From Callorhinchus milii (lineage: Eukaryota), in contig NW_024704743.1 of the NCBI RefSeq assembly GCF_018977255.1, positions 5,148,001 to 5,212,000 on the forward strand: DNA of 64,000 nucleotides, written 5' to 3'. Shown piece by piece: positions 48,831 through 61,743 of the stretch (within the stretch, counting starts at the first letter, position 1; every line of letters begins with the position of its first letter). Under the pieces are notes generated by a model, which saw only the letters and a program-made list of their open reading frames with translations, was not told the DNA's origin and ran no database searches. A program made the translations under genes and the position numbers.

Positions 48831-51800
48831 CCTCCTAAACAGTTTATAACCTTCCAGATGCTTATCCCATTGATTGGATTCATTCCACCATGTCTCTGTG
48901 ACGCTAATTATGTCCAATGTGTCTTCCCCTACAAGACCTTCAGATCACACATTTTGTTTGTCAGACTTCTTGCACTAATACAAGTACAGCTCCATTGTTT
49001 TTCTCCTAGTTATTTTTTTTTGTTTATTTTTCGTCAACCTTTGGAGTTAGACCTGTTACACTGGTAGCTTTAAGGAGTTCCTTAATCGGTTTGGGTGCTC
49101 TCTTATACCTACCGCAACCACCCCTGTGTCAAGTTTAAACCCTTTAAAGCTTGCCTAGACCTGGGTAAGAATCACTGATGTTGGAAGCTGCAGAGGTAGT
49201 TGCAGACTGAGATCAGTAGTTTATTCATTGCTGCTGTGGTCAGAGTTGGGGAAGAGGAGGGAGAGAGGAGTAGTCCAGGTGTGGGCATGGTTATATTCTG
49301 TCATTTTTGCTTTTTTGTTGGTCTTGCCGGGTGTCTTGACACATACGGAAACCCATCACCGTATCCAAACCAAGCATGAGATTTCCATGTATCCCACCTA
49401 CAGGTGGAAATCCAGGAAATAGATTGTTGGAATGGAATGCGCACTCTCTCCCTGAGCTTCCTGCTTACCTAATTCCGGAGTGTATGAGGCGCAGGTTGGC
49501 AAGAGCCAAGACTGTGCTGTCATCAGCAGTACTGTGGACCTGCCTGGCTCAGATTGCTTGATTCCCTTCGGAATATCTGTTATTTTCCCAGGAGCTAGAG
49601 TAGGTGCACAAGGTGTACAGTTCAGGCATTCAGCATTAACCATGGCAACACGAGAGAGCAGTATGGAGTGACATGATGAATGCCTGTTTAATATTTTAAT
49701 TGTACATAGCAATAATTGGGATAGTAGAACTCTCTTCCCAGTGAGTTGCTGGGTGCCAGGGCTGGCTCGGAGTGAGTGCTGTCTGGGGTGGGAGTTATCC
49801 TGGCTTCTTCCATAAGCAGCAGTTTTCAGTGAGGGGTACAGTGCTTAAATCTGCCAAGTGACCATTGAACATTGTTTATTTCCTGTCTCTCACTGTGAAT
49901 ACAGAGCAGAATAGACTCCAATGGAGATGAACTGACAACAGATTGAAGGAGGAATTAGATAGATATCTACTGATCATATCGATCGAGGGATAACTGAGGA
50001 GGATTTTACTCTTCACCAGGGACTAACCAGAAGATCCACAGTATTTCTCCAGCCCTGCACATTCCTATATACAAGTTGTTTCTGGAACTTATCAAGTCTT
50101 TGTATTGGGCATATCGGTGCAGTGTGAATGGCTCACCCAGCATCCCCCCCCCCGCCCCCATGATAATGTCGGGAACTCTGAGGCAATATCTCTTGCTCTT
50201 ATTGAGATTCGTGGCTGCTTTGTTGCTTTTTTAAGAAAGAAACTCTTTCAATTTCACAAATAATTTTGCATTTGAGACTCTTGTAGTTTGTTAGAGGGTG
50301 AGAACTTCCATGGAGCAGTCCTCGCTCTAATCCTATTCTTCAGCGTTTCTGTATTTGAGGACTGATTGGATTTAATTCTGTGCCTTTCGCGTCAGGAGGA
50401 CGTCTCAAAGTGCTTCATAAGGTTTTCGGTGGAGGTTAGTGACTGCAAAGTTTTGTAGGCAAACACGAGGGCAGCAGAACAAGAGGCCAGAGCTTCACCA
50501 CAGCCACCAGGATGTATTTCTTTACCCGGGGTGGGGAGGGGGGTGGGTGTTATTGGGAAGTGTTGTAGAGGCCAGGGTGTTTGCTGCACTGTAGGGTGTG
50601 GCAGCAAGATAGGGGGCTGTACTTTAAACCAAATCCGAGGACACATGAAAATAATTGAACTCCCCACAATCCCTGGCGGTGACTGGAGAAGTGTGTTGTG
50701 TTTCTCTGATGAGTGTCTCTGGTTTACAATGTTGTTATTCTCGCGCAGTTTGGTGCTAAACTCCATACGGAGCAAATTTGGCTCCAGGGACACAATCCCT
50801 CATCTGGTGCCTGTCCTGGGAATCGGGGATGTATGGTCACCCTATCCCAAATAAACTGAAGGGCCTTTTTTGTTGGTTGTCTGGCCTCTGCACTCCCTCC
50901 CTCTATTCCCTCCAAAAAAAAACCTGACTGTCCAGCGCCCTGGGACGTCTTTCCAGCGTGAAGCGCGCTATACAAGTGTATTTTGTTGTTGTAATAATGA
51001 TATTGAAGCTGGAAAGCATTGAGATTGCGGATTCTGGTTCCCAGTTTATGGGACACTGGAAGAAAATGCTTTTATTTCTTGAAAGAAGTGCAGACAATTA
51101 TATGAGGGATGTTTTTAGAGCAGTTTCTCCATTGAGTGGCACTTCCTGCTGCTTTGTCGTCAGCATGGCCATGGAGTGTACAATCCTGAATGTGTAAAGC
51201 ACGTTTATGTTCTTCCCCTTCTCCCAATGCAAACCAGATGTTTCAGTCACTGTCAACCAGGGCCATTTTATCTTCTCTCCAAGAGACAAGGCAGCTGGGA
51301 TGCCAGCACTGGGCATTGTCTGAGACAGTCTCACTCTTGTGATGTCTTAGTTTCCACTGTGTAAGGAAATGAGCTTACTTCAGGGTCACCCCCATGAGTG
51401 TGGGCAATACAGCAACGACAACTTGCATTTATATAGTGCCCTTCAAGCGGGGCATCGTCCCGGAACGTTTGACAGTGGCAGAGTCTGACACCGAGCCAGG
51501 GGGAGAGAGAGGGAGGAGGTGACCGTAAGCACGATCAAAAAGTATGGTCTTTAAGTGGGAATTGAGTCATGGTGCAGTCAGTTCTGACCTACAGTGACTC
51601 CTGGCACAAGTGACCGGTTTCATTTGAGGCTAAATAAGGGCACAGTTGGTCCTGATGTTCAGTGACTTGTATCAAGCGCATAAAAGGGTATTTAACCACT
51701 TGCTTACAAAGGACCAATATTTTGTATATTGCGGTTGAAAGTTGTGTGACTTAGTTCCTGATTTGCTTTGAATTTTCCTAAGACAAAGGCTGATCTGGGG

Positions 51801-54229
51801 TCCATTTGTAAAAAGCACTATTGTCCTTCATACCTGAGCCCACACACTCAGTGATTGTAACCGCAGTGTTTAACAGTGTAACTGCCCGACACTGAGCTGT
51901 CAGTGGCCTCTCCCTAAAATGGCCATCAACACCTGATGGAGATGCTGCAAGCTGTGGGTAGTACAGTCGTGTAACTGAGTGTCAGAGCAGACCTTTTTCC
52001 ATGTACTTGATGGAGGTGTTCTCCTTCGCTGGCTCCCTCCACAATCTGAAACATGGGAATTAATTGCATTGGAGATGGCAGGGAGATGGAGTGAGGCATC
52101 AGGAATCTACAGAAATAAACCAAGCTTTAATATGTCTCATACACACACACCACCCTCCCCACACACACCGAGTCGGACATCCCAATTTAGTATCGAAGCA
52201 GCTGCATTTAATTCCCTCCTTTTTTTTGGTTTCTTTACATTGGATCATTGCTTTGATGAAGCACCTCATAGGACTTACTGTGAAGTGTAGTAACTGTGTT
52301 TGTGGATGAATGCAACGGCCAATTTGCACAGCAACAACCTACAATCAGTTACAAAATGAATGAGCAGTTTTGCCTGGGGGATTGTCCCAACGCCTGTGAA
52401 ATTCCTTGCCCTTTGTGGCTGTATAGAGCCAGTGATGGAGAGGAGAGTGGATTCTCACACTTCCATCTTTATAGTTTACATTTGCAGTTTTTCCAGGGCC
52501 AATCTCCTGCTACCTCTTTGTTTTTACGGTCAGTAATCTCACCCCCTTTCTTATCTTACTCATTGATCTACATCCCCTCGGAGCAGCACGTTGAGGTGTT
52601 ATCTGATGTGGAATCTGCTATTTTTGGTTTAGACAAAAGCACTTTTTAAATTTTTTTTAACTCCTTTTGGGGATGTGAGAGCTAGTGAGAGGGCCAGCAT
52701 GTATTTCCTGTTCCCGGCTGCCCTGGTAAGGTGACCGTGGGCCTGGTCTTTACAGCGTTGTTGTAATGGTCCTCCCACAACAGTCCAGAGCAGAAAGCTC
52801 CAGGATTGACCGAGCAGCAGTGTAGGAACAGCGATCGTACCCGGGTGGAGGTGCTGGTCTCCTCGTGCCCCTCCTCCTGGTGTAAAGGTTGGAGCGTGGC
52901 TGGTAAGGGCCTGTAGAGAGGATGCTGTGGCCAGAGGGAATGGGTGAACTGAGAGGCCAACTACCCTCCTGGCTAGTATTGAGCTTTTTGAGTTTTGTGG
53001 CTGCATTTGAATGCAGATGTTAACACAAAATGTTTTGTTTGTCAGGTTGGGCACTCATGAGATAGTGGTAGCTATCCACTGTGAATCCTCACTCAAATCT
53101 GTTAACTTTCATCGGTCGATTGGTGGAGAGAAAGCTCACAGTAGTCAAGTGTGTGTGTGGGGTGTGGGTGGGTAGAGAAGAATAGCTAAATCGATCAAAT
53201 AAGAGTTCTTTTGTGAAACTTGTTGGCTGTACGAAAGGGGAGTCAAAACAGGCGAAAATTTATAACTGCCAATTTTCTCGTTCACATGGAGTGTTTGTAT
53301 CTGGGAACGTGCATGGGCTCATGTTTACCCGGATCTAAGGAATCCTCCCCAATACCTTTCATGTCATTTTTGGTACAAAAGTGTGTTTTTTTGGTATTTC
53401 TCAGTTGATGCTGATATTGTATGTCTAATATGGTAGATGTCTATTTGTGTATAATAATTGAAAATAAACGGAGAGGTGTGAAAAACCTGCATTTGTGGCA
53501 CTCTGTTTATATTCCTCTACACTTCTGTAGATTTTCAACAACAACAACTTGCCTTTATACAGCGCCTTTCATATGGGGCAGCATCTCAGAGCGCTTAACA
53601 GTGGCGGAGCCTGACATCAAGCTGGGGAGAGGGGCTGACCATAGGGGCTGTGATCTGAAGAAGGTGAAGGAGGAGCCAAGTTGGAGGGATTGAGGCGGAG
53701 AGTTCCAGTGTTTCGGAGGGTAATGGCTGAAAGCACGGCCGCTGATGGTGGAGCAGAGGGGGATGAAGGACGTTCAGGACGCTGGGGGCCATCTGAGCGA
53801 AGCAGGCGAATAGTGGAGTGGGGAGAAAACAGGTTGGAGCGTTAGGGAGGTGCCAGGGCATGAAGAAATTTGTAAATGGGTGTAACGATCTGTGATTGGG
53901 AATCAGTGGTGCCTGGTGAGGACTGAGGTGATGGGTGTGTGAAGTTTTGTGTGTGTGATGGGGAGTCAGTGGTGCCTGGCGAGGACTGGTATGATGGGAG
54001 TACAGAGCTTGGTGTATGGTCTTGTTGGCTACGTGGCTGTATTAGAGTATAGTGGCCAATGTTAAAGATCCTAGGATATTGTTGAAAAAGAGAAGAGTTT
54101 CTCTCACCTCACATAGCCTATGTGTCTTGTTTAACTCCGAACTAACTGTCCTTTAAACCCACTCTGTTTTCCCCATCTCCGAAATCCAGTATTACCAACT
54201 CGGCCACTACCTCTGCCTTTGACTATGCC

Positions 54230-54553
54230 AATAATAATAATAGTCCTTGCATTTGAAATAGCGCTTTTCACATCGGGAGGACGTCCCAAAGCGCTTCACA
54301 GAACACACTGTAAAGTGTATTGACTGTATATTTGTGGGCGAACGCGGCAGCCAATTGCGCACAGCAATGTCCCACAAACAGTCATATGGATTGAAAATGA
54401 CCAATTTATTATTGTTTTTGGTTTTGGAGGGATTATTATTAGGCTCTGTGTGGAGTAAGGAAACTTGCCCAAGGTTTCGCCCTCTGCCTGGAATTGAACT
54501 CAGGTCTCTCACTTGCAAAGCGAGTGCTCTAACCACTGAGCTACAGGACTCCA
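54230..54553 (-). mobile_element. tRNA(Ala)-derived SINE, same deleted subfamily as 16182-16508, inserted into an L2 fragment
   Basis: Near-identical head and deletion junction ccacacagagcctaataataatccctcc; flanks translate as L2 ..FDYAN / VLLVRLPSSSLHKLQTIQNS. Confidence 0.9.
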
Positions 54554-56422
54554 CGAATGTTCTGCTCGTCAGACTTCCCAGCTCTTCCCTACACAAGCTC
54601 CAGACTATCCAGAATTCTTTGCCACAACAAGCACCACTGGCTCCCCATCCCCTAGTGGGTTGAGTTCAAGATCCTTATCACCTTTAAATCCTTCCACGAT
54701 CTCCCCCCACCTTCCTTCTGCAACCTCTTCAAACCATCCCACCCCAGCCACTTTCTCTGTTCAGCAAGCAGCAGCATGCTTCATATCCCTCATCGTGTCC
54801 ACCCCACCGTCGGACGGCCTTTCAGCCTTTCTGTCCCCGCTCTCTGGAGTTTCATCCCACAGTCCCTCTGCCTCACTGTCTGTCTCCCCCTTGTTCAAGG
54901 TCCAACTCGTTGACTGCACTTTCAGTCATCTTTCCTCTCCCTAAGCCCTTAGCTTCCACAGGAGCCAGCCAGTGCTCAGCCAGCAATGCTAAGCGGTTGG
55001 GGATGTTCTCCTGTTGTGAAAGCCACAATGTAAATGTGTAATGGATTGTAGTGTCGTGGCCAACAAAAGTCCAGATTAAATGCTCACTGACCTCCAGCCT
55101 GTTTGGGAGCCTGTGTGAGCATGGCTGCTCTGTTTGAATACAAAAAAATTCTACACTTGACGGTAACCATCTATGAAACCCAACACCATGCTTAAGAGTC
55201 TTTAAACCAAGCTGAGATTTACATGCATCCCACCTACACACACGGTTATAGCCGGTTAGACTCCAGCAGTTACCCCAACGCACGCTCTGGGGTCCCCAAG
55301 CCTTGGCTCTTGCCAACCTGTGCCTAATACTCTCCAGAATTAGGTAAACAGGATGTGTCCCTCCATGGAAAGAGTGCGCATTCCATTCCAAAAATCTATC
55401 TCTGGGATTTCCATGTGCAAGGAATAACTAATTATTATAATTATTTGTTGTCGATGTTGTTAGTGGAAGCTGTTACCTGTGTCCTCCAGGCGAAATTTGC
55501 TGTCTCAAAATTCTCCCCTTCCTTCAGGGTCTCCAAAATCTCCCATCAATTTTCCAGAGCAATATTCACAGCGGTACTTATCATGTTCTGAAAGACCAGA
55601 AGACACTGAAAGACGGGAATGGTCATTAACTTGAGACGTGCGAGTGGCGATTTGTGAGCGCAATGAGCCGTTGGAGCCCACCTTGCCCAGGCGGTGATAG
55701 ACCAGCGTGGCTCCCCAGAAGTGGGTGAGTGAGTACGTGGAGTAGTTCACTTTGTGCTTGAGGTACGTGCTTGAGGGACTCACAGCTCGTCCTCTCGCCT
55801 TCTGTGATCTGTGTCCTGAGGTTGCTTCGTGCCCCCGGACTAGTTCTCCTGGGAGTGCAGCTGGCTCATTAGCTCAGCTCACTCTCTCTCCCTCTCCTGA
55901 GAACTTAGACGAGGAAATCAGACTTTAGTCAGACCTCTCATAAGCAGGTCAGGAGCTTTTACACTTTCAGCACAAAACATCAAATTACATTCGTCCGCTT
56001 AGCTTTTCACCCTCAGATAAAAATTGCTGACAAAAGAAGATCCAAGTTCCATCAAGGTGCTTCCACCAACGTGGCAGACACGTGCACATGTCATGTCCCA
56101 AACTATATACTGTATACCGAGATATTATTTCCTAACAGAAATCTGTCTCATTTCATGTCTTCATCACAGAAAGCGCTAGTCATTTAATCGATGAGTTCCA
56201 GGGAAAACTTTGAAAGATAAAATAAAAACTGCGTATTATACAGTAACGCTCGGTTAAGTCTAAGCTTTATAAATCGTATAATTGCTTAAGTTGTATATTC
56301 ACCTGAGTTCCATTCAGTTTCCAATCAAAACCACTTAGATTACTTTGCATGACTCGTATTATTCAACCCCTAACTCGTAACAGCACAGCTCAGTATAGTA
56401 CTGGCCAGTACAGTATCATACT

Positions 56423-56736
56423 AATCCTTGCATTTGACACAGAGCCTTATCACGTCATTGAGACATTTCAAAGCGACTCACAGGATTCACTGTAAAGTGA
56501 CTATTATGTGGGTGAAACGTGGCAGTCAATTGCACACAGCAGTGCCCCACAAACAGCCATAGATTAAGATTTTTTGGAAGGATTATTACCCCCAGAAACC
56601 AATCCGTCGCTTGACTAACACCCATGTTCCTACTTACTGCTAGGTAAACTGAGGCGTGTGTGTGGAGTAAGAACACTTGCCTAAGGTTTTGCCCTACCCA
56701 GGAATCAAATCCGTGTCCTCTCACTTGCACGGCGAA
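56423..56736 (-). mobile_element. tRNA(Ala)-derived SINE
   Basis: Same family, reverse orientation. Confidence 0.8.
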
Positions 56737-57293
56737 TACACAAATCTCAGAGTCTCTCTCCCTCACTCAGACCCTCTTGTAGAAAATCTGATTTAATCAA
56801 TAATCTACATTATGCACATGTAATTTAATCCAGCTAGTAAATGCCCAATTGGTGACGGGCTAAAACTATTAATCCTGTGATTCAATGAGTCTTGACCCGT
56901 TGCCATATACTCTGTGTTATAGTTTTTACATGAAGGACAAATATTTTGTGGCAAAAAAGACAAATATCTTGTTTGTTCTTCACCTTTTGAGGAAGTAAGA
57001 AACCAGTAAAAACCTGAGCTCCCAAGGTAAACCTTTACAGTTACTTGCGGAAAACTTGCGGTGTTAACTAAAGCTAGTACCGCCTTGATTCTCTTTTGTA
57101 CCTTTTCACGCTCAGCACTGGTTAAGCAGAATCCAACCTGGACCTTCTGGTCCGTTCAGGGTTCTACAATATCGGGCAGAGCCTTTACTACAAGGTTAAC
57201 TGAGAGCCACATGTAACAGCATAATCTTGTGTGTACAAAATATATTCATTAATTGTGATTAAAAAGTGAAATGAACTTAGTTTGATGACAACA

Positions 57294-57366
57294 GGTAAGG
57301 CACCCCATTGGTTTTGTTCAGTCCGCTGTGCTAATAACTGAACAAAACCAATGGGGTTCCCTTACC
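57294..57366. other. Inverted repeat / hairpin with a 21-bp perfect stem
   Basis: ACCCCATTGGTTTTGTTCAGT (57302-57322) pairs with ACTGAACAAAACCAATGGGGT (57337-57357); 14-nt loop; a further 7 bp GGTAAGG/CCTTACC pairs beyond a small internal loop. Confidence 0.85.
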
Positions 57367-60300
57367 CCTCATGTTTTGTACTAGTCAAAATTTTTCTTCC
57401 CCAGAGACCTGGGCGATTTTCTTTCTCCAGAGACGTGGCTTATTTTTGGTCTAACTCCATATGGACTTCCTTCTTATTCTTATTATAGACTGGATTTGAT
57501 TAGTTTAGACCAAATTCTGGGAAATAAAGGTACTCAGTTGGGGTTATCCCTTCAAAGAAAAAAAAAGTAAAATAAAAATGGGGTCACTCAATCCATGCCT
57601 ATTTGTGGGACAAATTGGCTGCTGCGTTTCGCCCACAAAGTATACAGTCAATACACTTTACAGTATATTCTGTGAAGTGGGTCTCAAAGATATGATAAAG
57701 ACTTATCAAATGCAAGGAATATATATATAATATATATAATCCTATATATATATACACAGATAACATGCAGGTTATTAAAAAATATAGCATCTTTCCCATC
57801 AGGAGGATGTCTCAAAATGCTTAACCGTGTCAACAACAACAACAAATTACATTTACACAGCTCCTTTCACGTCGGGAGGACGTCCCAAGGCACTGGACAG
57901 TCAGGGATTAGGACCCGAGCTGGGAGTTGGGATCAGGAGGGGTGGAGGGCAGGGAGGGTAGTGGTGGGAGAGTGACTGAAGGTGCAGTCGAAGAGGTGAG
58001 TCCTGAGATGTGTCTTGAAGGATTCACTGTATTCTGTAGGCAAGCATGGCAGTCAATTTGCGCACAACGACATCACACAACACTCGCTGTCTCTCTGAGT
58101 GAGAGAGACACCAAAAGAGAGTGAGAGCGATTTAACTTGTGGAGTAGCGTAGTGGTTAGCACCCAGATTCGATCCCCGGCTTTCCTTTCTACAACACATC
58201 TGTTCCCTGACCAGGACCGCTTTTTTCCACCTCCGTTTCTGTCTCGTCCACTCCTTCGTCATTTCCGAGCTGGATGATTCCAACGCCTTCCCCAGCTTCA
58301 CCCTACACAAAATAGTGTGTTTGTGGGACACACTGCTGTGCGCCATTGGCTGCTGCATTTCGCCCACAAATATATACAGTCAATTCACTTTACAGTATAT
58401 TCTGTGAAGCGCTTTGAGACATCGAAGACATGATAAGATGCTGTATCAAATGCAAGGATTATTATTATTATTACAATAGTAGAATGTTTAGAGGTGTTGG
58501 GACTGCTAATATTCCCGTCTCATTTGTCCATTTTATACCCGTTAGATCATGCTGGAATCTTTTTCTAGGCCAAGGGTAGAGAGTTAGTTAAGCTTCCAAC
58601 AAAATTCTTCCACACATTCATTTTATTTCCAATCTGAATATTTGTTTCCTTATAGTTTGCGGCGATGTTTTTTGTATTGACCGATTTAATCTCTGGAGTT
58701 CTGTAGCGTAGTGGTTAGCACGCTCGCCTCACAGGAGCTTTTTGTTTTCCACACTGACCATTTTGATGACTTTAGTGACGTAATCAAGTGACGTACAGAG
58801 TCAATTCACTGTTTAAGGATAAATCATAATGTATTTGCATGTATCATCGCCTTCCGGTGATGGAAATGGGTACATTGTCCATCTAAAACATGCACAGGGT
58901 AGAAAATAATATCTCAGGGTACAGCGTATAGTTTGGGACACGACATGTCAAGCGACTGCCAGTATGGTGTAAGGCGAACTAGATGGACCTTAGTCTTCTT
59001 TTACCGAGCAAGTTCTTATGCATAAATTCACTGTTTGCGTGGAGCATTACTGCCATCCTGTGGTAATGCAATCAGATAAAATATTATACTGTATAATTTG
59101 CATCAATCATCGATCGCCCTCCGAGGGTGGAAATGGGCATTTTATTAATGTAACACATGGTATATTATGCATATATAATACTAACTGTACCAGTTGCAGC
59201 TACGCTTGCAACCAGTTTCATTTGATTGGCTTTCTCTCTTTCACCTGGCATTTTTATTTGTCCTTGTAAGGCTTGTTCTTCGCTTCTTAGGCATTATTAT
59301 CCCTTAAGATTAAGAAAATGTGCTATTGAACTTGTTAGCATCCCTTGTTCACATATTTGCACGTGCATCCTTTTGGGAGGACTCCTGTGGGAGAACTCCT
59401 GACACACAGACAGACATTTTGCCTTTATTAGTTTGGATATAATTATTATTATATTACAGTGTCTGACACTGAGGCGATGATGTTGTTTAGGAGCTCCTAA
59501 ACACAAAGCACTTTGAGGCATTTTGAGGTATTTTTAAAAAAAACATTCTTTCCTGCCTTAATCAAATTTCTTTCCTTCCCACACCTACCTTCTCCTCTCC
59601 ACATGGGCAAACGACTGAGACAAGCGCTACTTTGCACATGGACAGTGTGATCTCGGTGAGGGGTGAGGTGCAGAAAGAGAAGGGAATTTCTCTCCCCTGG
59701 GTCCTGCCCAACAATTTCCCAGATAAAACTGGCCACTCACTTCATGCCTGTTTGTGGGGCAAATGCTGTGCGCAAATTGCCCCACAAACACACAGTACAG
59801 CAACTTGCATTTATGGACCCTTTAGGTCTCACGTCCCTGGGAGTCAGACGAGAGCAGTAGAATCATTTAAATCCAAAAAAATCTAATGCTATTCACCAGT
59901 GAGTTGGAGCGCTGACTAGCACACGAGTAGAGCAGTGGGCCGGCGAGGTTATAGGTGCAGGAGTGGAGCTGACGTCAACAGGTGAGCGGTAGTCCATGTC
60001 GACGGTTGATCTCAGCCTGGAGGTGGCCATTTTTAAGTCTTCCGCCGAAACCAACAGTCAAAAACCTGGAAACCCATCATCGTGATCAGCCGGGTATCTG
60101 ACACATGCAGAAACCCATCACTTCTGAGCACCGTTTTTCGAATCCGTTGGCTAAGTCTAGTTTTTATTTGTCCTTCCTGTGACCTCCTTCCTTCCCAGTT
60201 CTCTCTCTTTAACCCTCTCTAATCCTCCCATAATTGTCTTTCCAATTATGAGCCCTGTTTCCCGTCCAACAGCAGCCACCCTGACTGCCCCATCTTTCAC

Positions 60301-60399
60301 TTCCAATGCAAGGCCCAATATTCCCAGCCCCTGGGACAGAACGTTTCCTCTCTCATTCACATTTCCATCCTACCTGTCAATTCTCCTCTTTCCCCCACC

Positions 60400-60700
60400 C
60401 CCTTCATCCTTTGCTGCCTGTCCCCTCCACATCGCTCTACAAAATGTCTGCTTCCTCGCCAGTAAAGCCCTTGCGATCCGTGATCTCACTGTCGAAGAAA
60501 CATCAACATTCTCACCCTCACTGAAACATGGATCACCCCAGGCAGCACCTCACCCCTCACTGAGATCACACTCTCCAGTTACACATCATTCCCAATTCAT
60601 CGTATCCAGGGGGTGTGGCTCTCATCTCCAGGTTCACACTGGAGCCATCCTCTTACTCCTCCGCATCCTTCTCCTCCTTTGAGCACCTCACTCTTTACCA
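60400..60700 (+). mobile_element. L2/CR1-type ORF2 APE endonuclease N-terminus (frameshifted)
   Basis: LHIALQNVCFLASK..I.DL..E / NINILTLTETWITPG..GVALI across frameshifts. Confidence 0.75.
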
Positions 60701-61439
60701 TGCCTCCAGTCACTGGGTGGGAGTCATCCCACTCAGTTCCTGTTAACCCTACAAGCCAAAGCCCTAGTGGGTAGGGTGATCCCAGCAGGACAAGTAGCGG
60801 GAAAGCTTGCCAGACAGCAATATCAATGGCGAGCCACGTGGTTTTAGCCGGTTAGACTCCAGCAGTCACCCCAAGCCTTGGCTCTCGCCAACCTGCACCT
60901 AATACTTTCCGGAATTAGATAAACAGGATGCGTCCCTCCAGGGAGAGAGTGGGCAATCCATTCCAACAATCTTTCTTTGGCATTTCCATGGGTAGGTGGG
61001 AGGCGTGGAAATCTCAGCTTGGTTGGGATACTCTGAAGCACGGTGACGGGTTTCCGTTTGTGTCAGGCACCCAGCTGAGCCCCCCCCCTCCCCCCCCAAA
61101 CAAAAATCACTTTACAGTAAAAGAGTGACTGCACTTTGAGACGACGACGACGACGACACCAAAACGAAATTCGTAAAACCTCGGGAAGACGCCTCGAAGA
61201 CGCGATAATGCTCTGTAATCGAAGGCAGGGGATTGTCATGGTCCTTACATTATTGGTTCTATTATTGCTCTTACCCTTGAAAATTCGATCAGGTCATTTT
61301 GTTCAGCGCCTTGGGACGTCCTCCCGACGTGAAAGGCGCTATGCAAGTGAAATGTTGTTGTTGTTGTTGTTGTTTGTTTGTTTGTGGGTGTGGCTGGCCC
61401 TTTAAATCTCTGAACAGCTGAAACTTCAATTCCCACAGT

Positions 61440-61743
61440 GCTTTGCGACGTCACGACCAGGATATGGCGGAGGATGGATGGAGCACCGCCCACTTTGACC
61501 CGAAGCCTGACTCCTATTGGCTCCCAGAAAGGGGGGCGGGGGGGGGCGAGGGGCGGTGCGAGGGTGGAATATAGCGGAACGGGAGCGGCCGGTGCAGATG
61601 TCAATCAAGTGACGTCAACCGCCGGCCCCTGGCCGTCGCGACCGGACGCGCTGACGTAGGGCGGCCGCGTCGGCCCCGGGTGGCGGTTGACGTCGGGGCG
61701 GTTGTCAGGGGGCGCGAGCGGGGGAAGCGAGCGGGGCGCCGCC
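61440..61743 (+). promoter_or_regulatory. ZC3H3 CpG-island promoter with CRE, CCAAT and GC boxes
   Basis: CpG-dense; full CRE TGACGTCA 61610-61617; CRE-like sites at 61446, 61652, 61688; ATTGG 61516-61520; GGGGCGGGG ~61533. Confidence 0.8.

Noticed and set aside
56238..56415. TA-CAGT start resembling a Tc1/Tigger TIR
   Set aside because: No matching right-hand TIR could be found.
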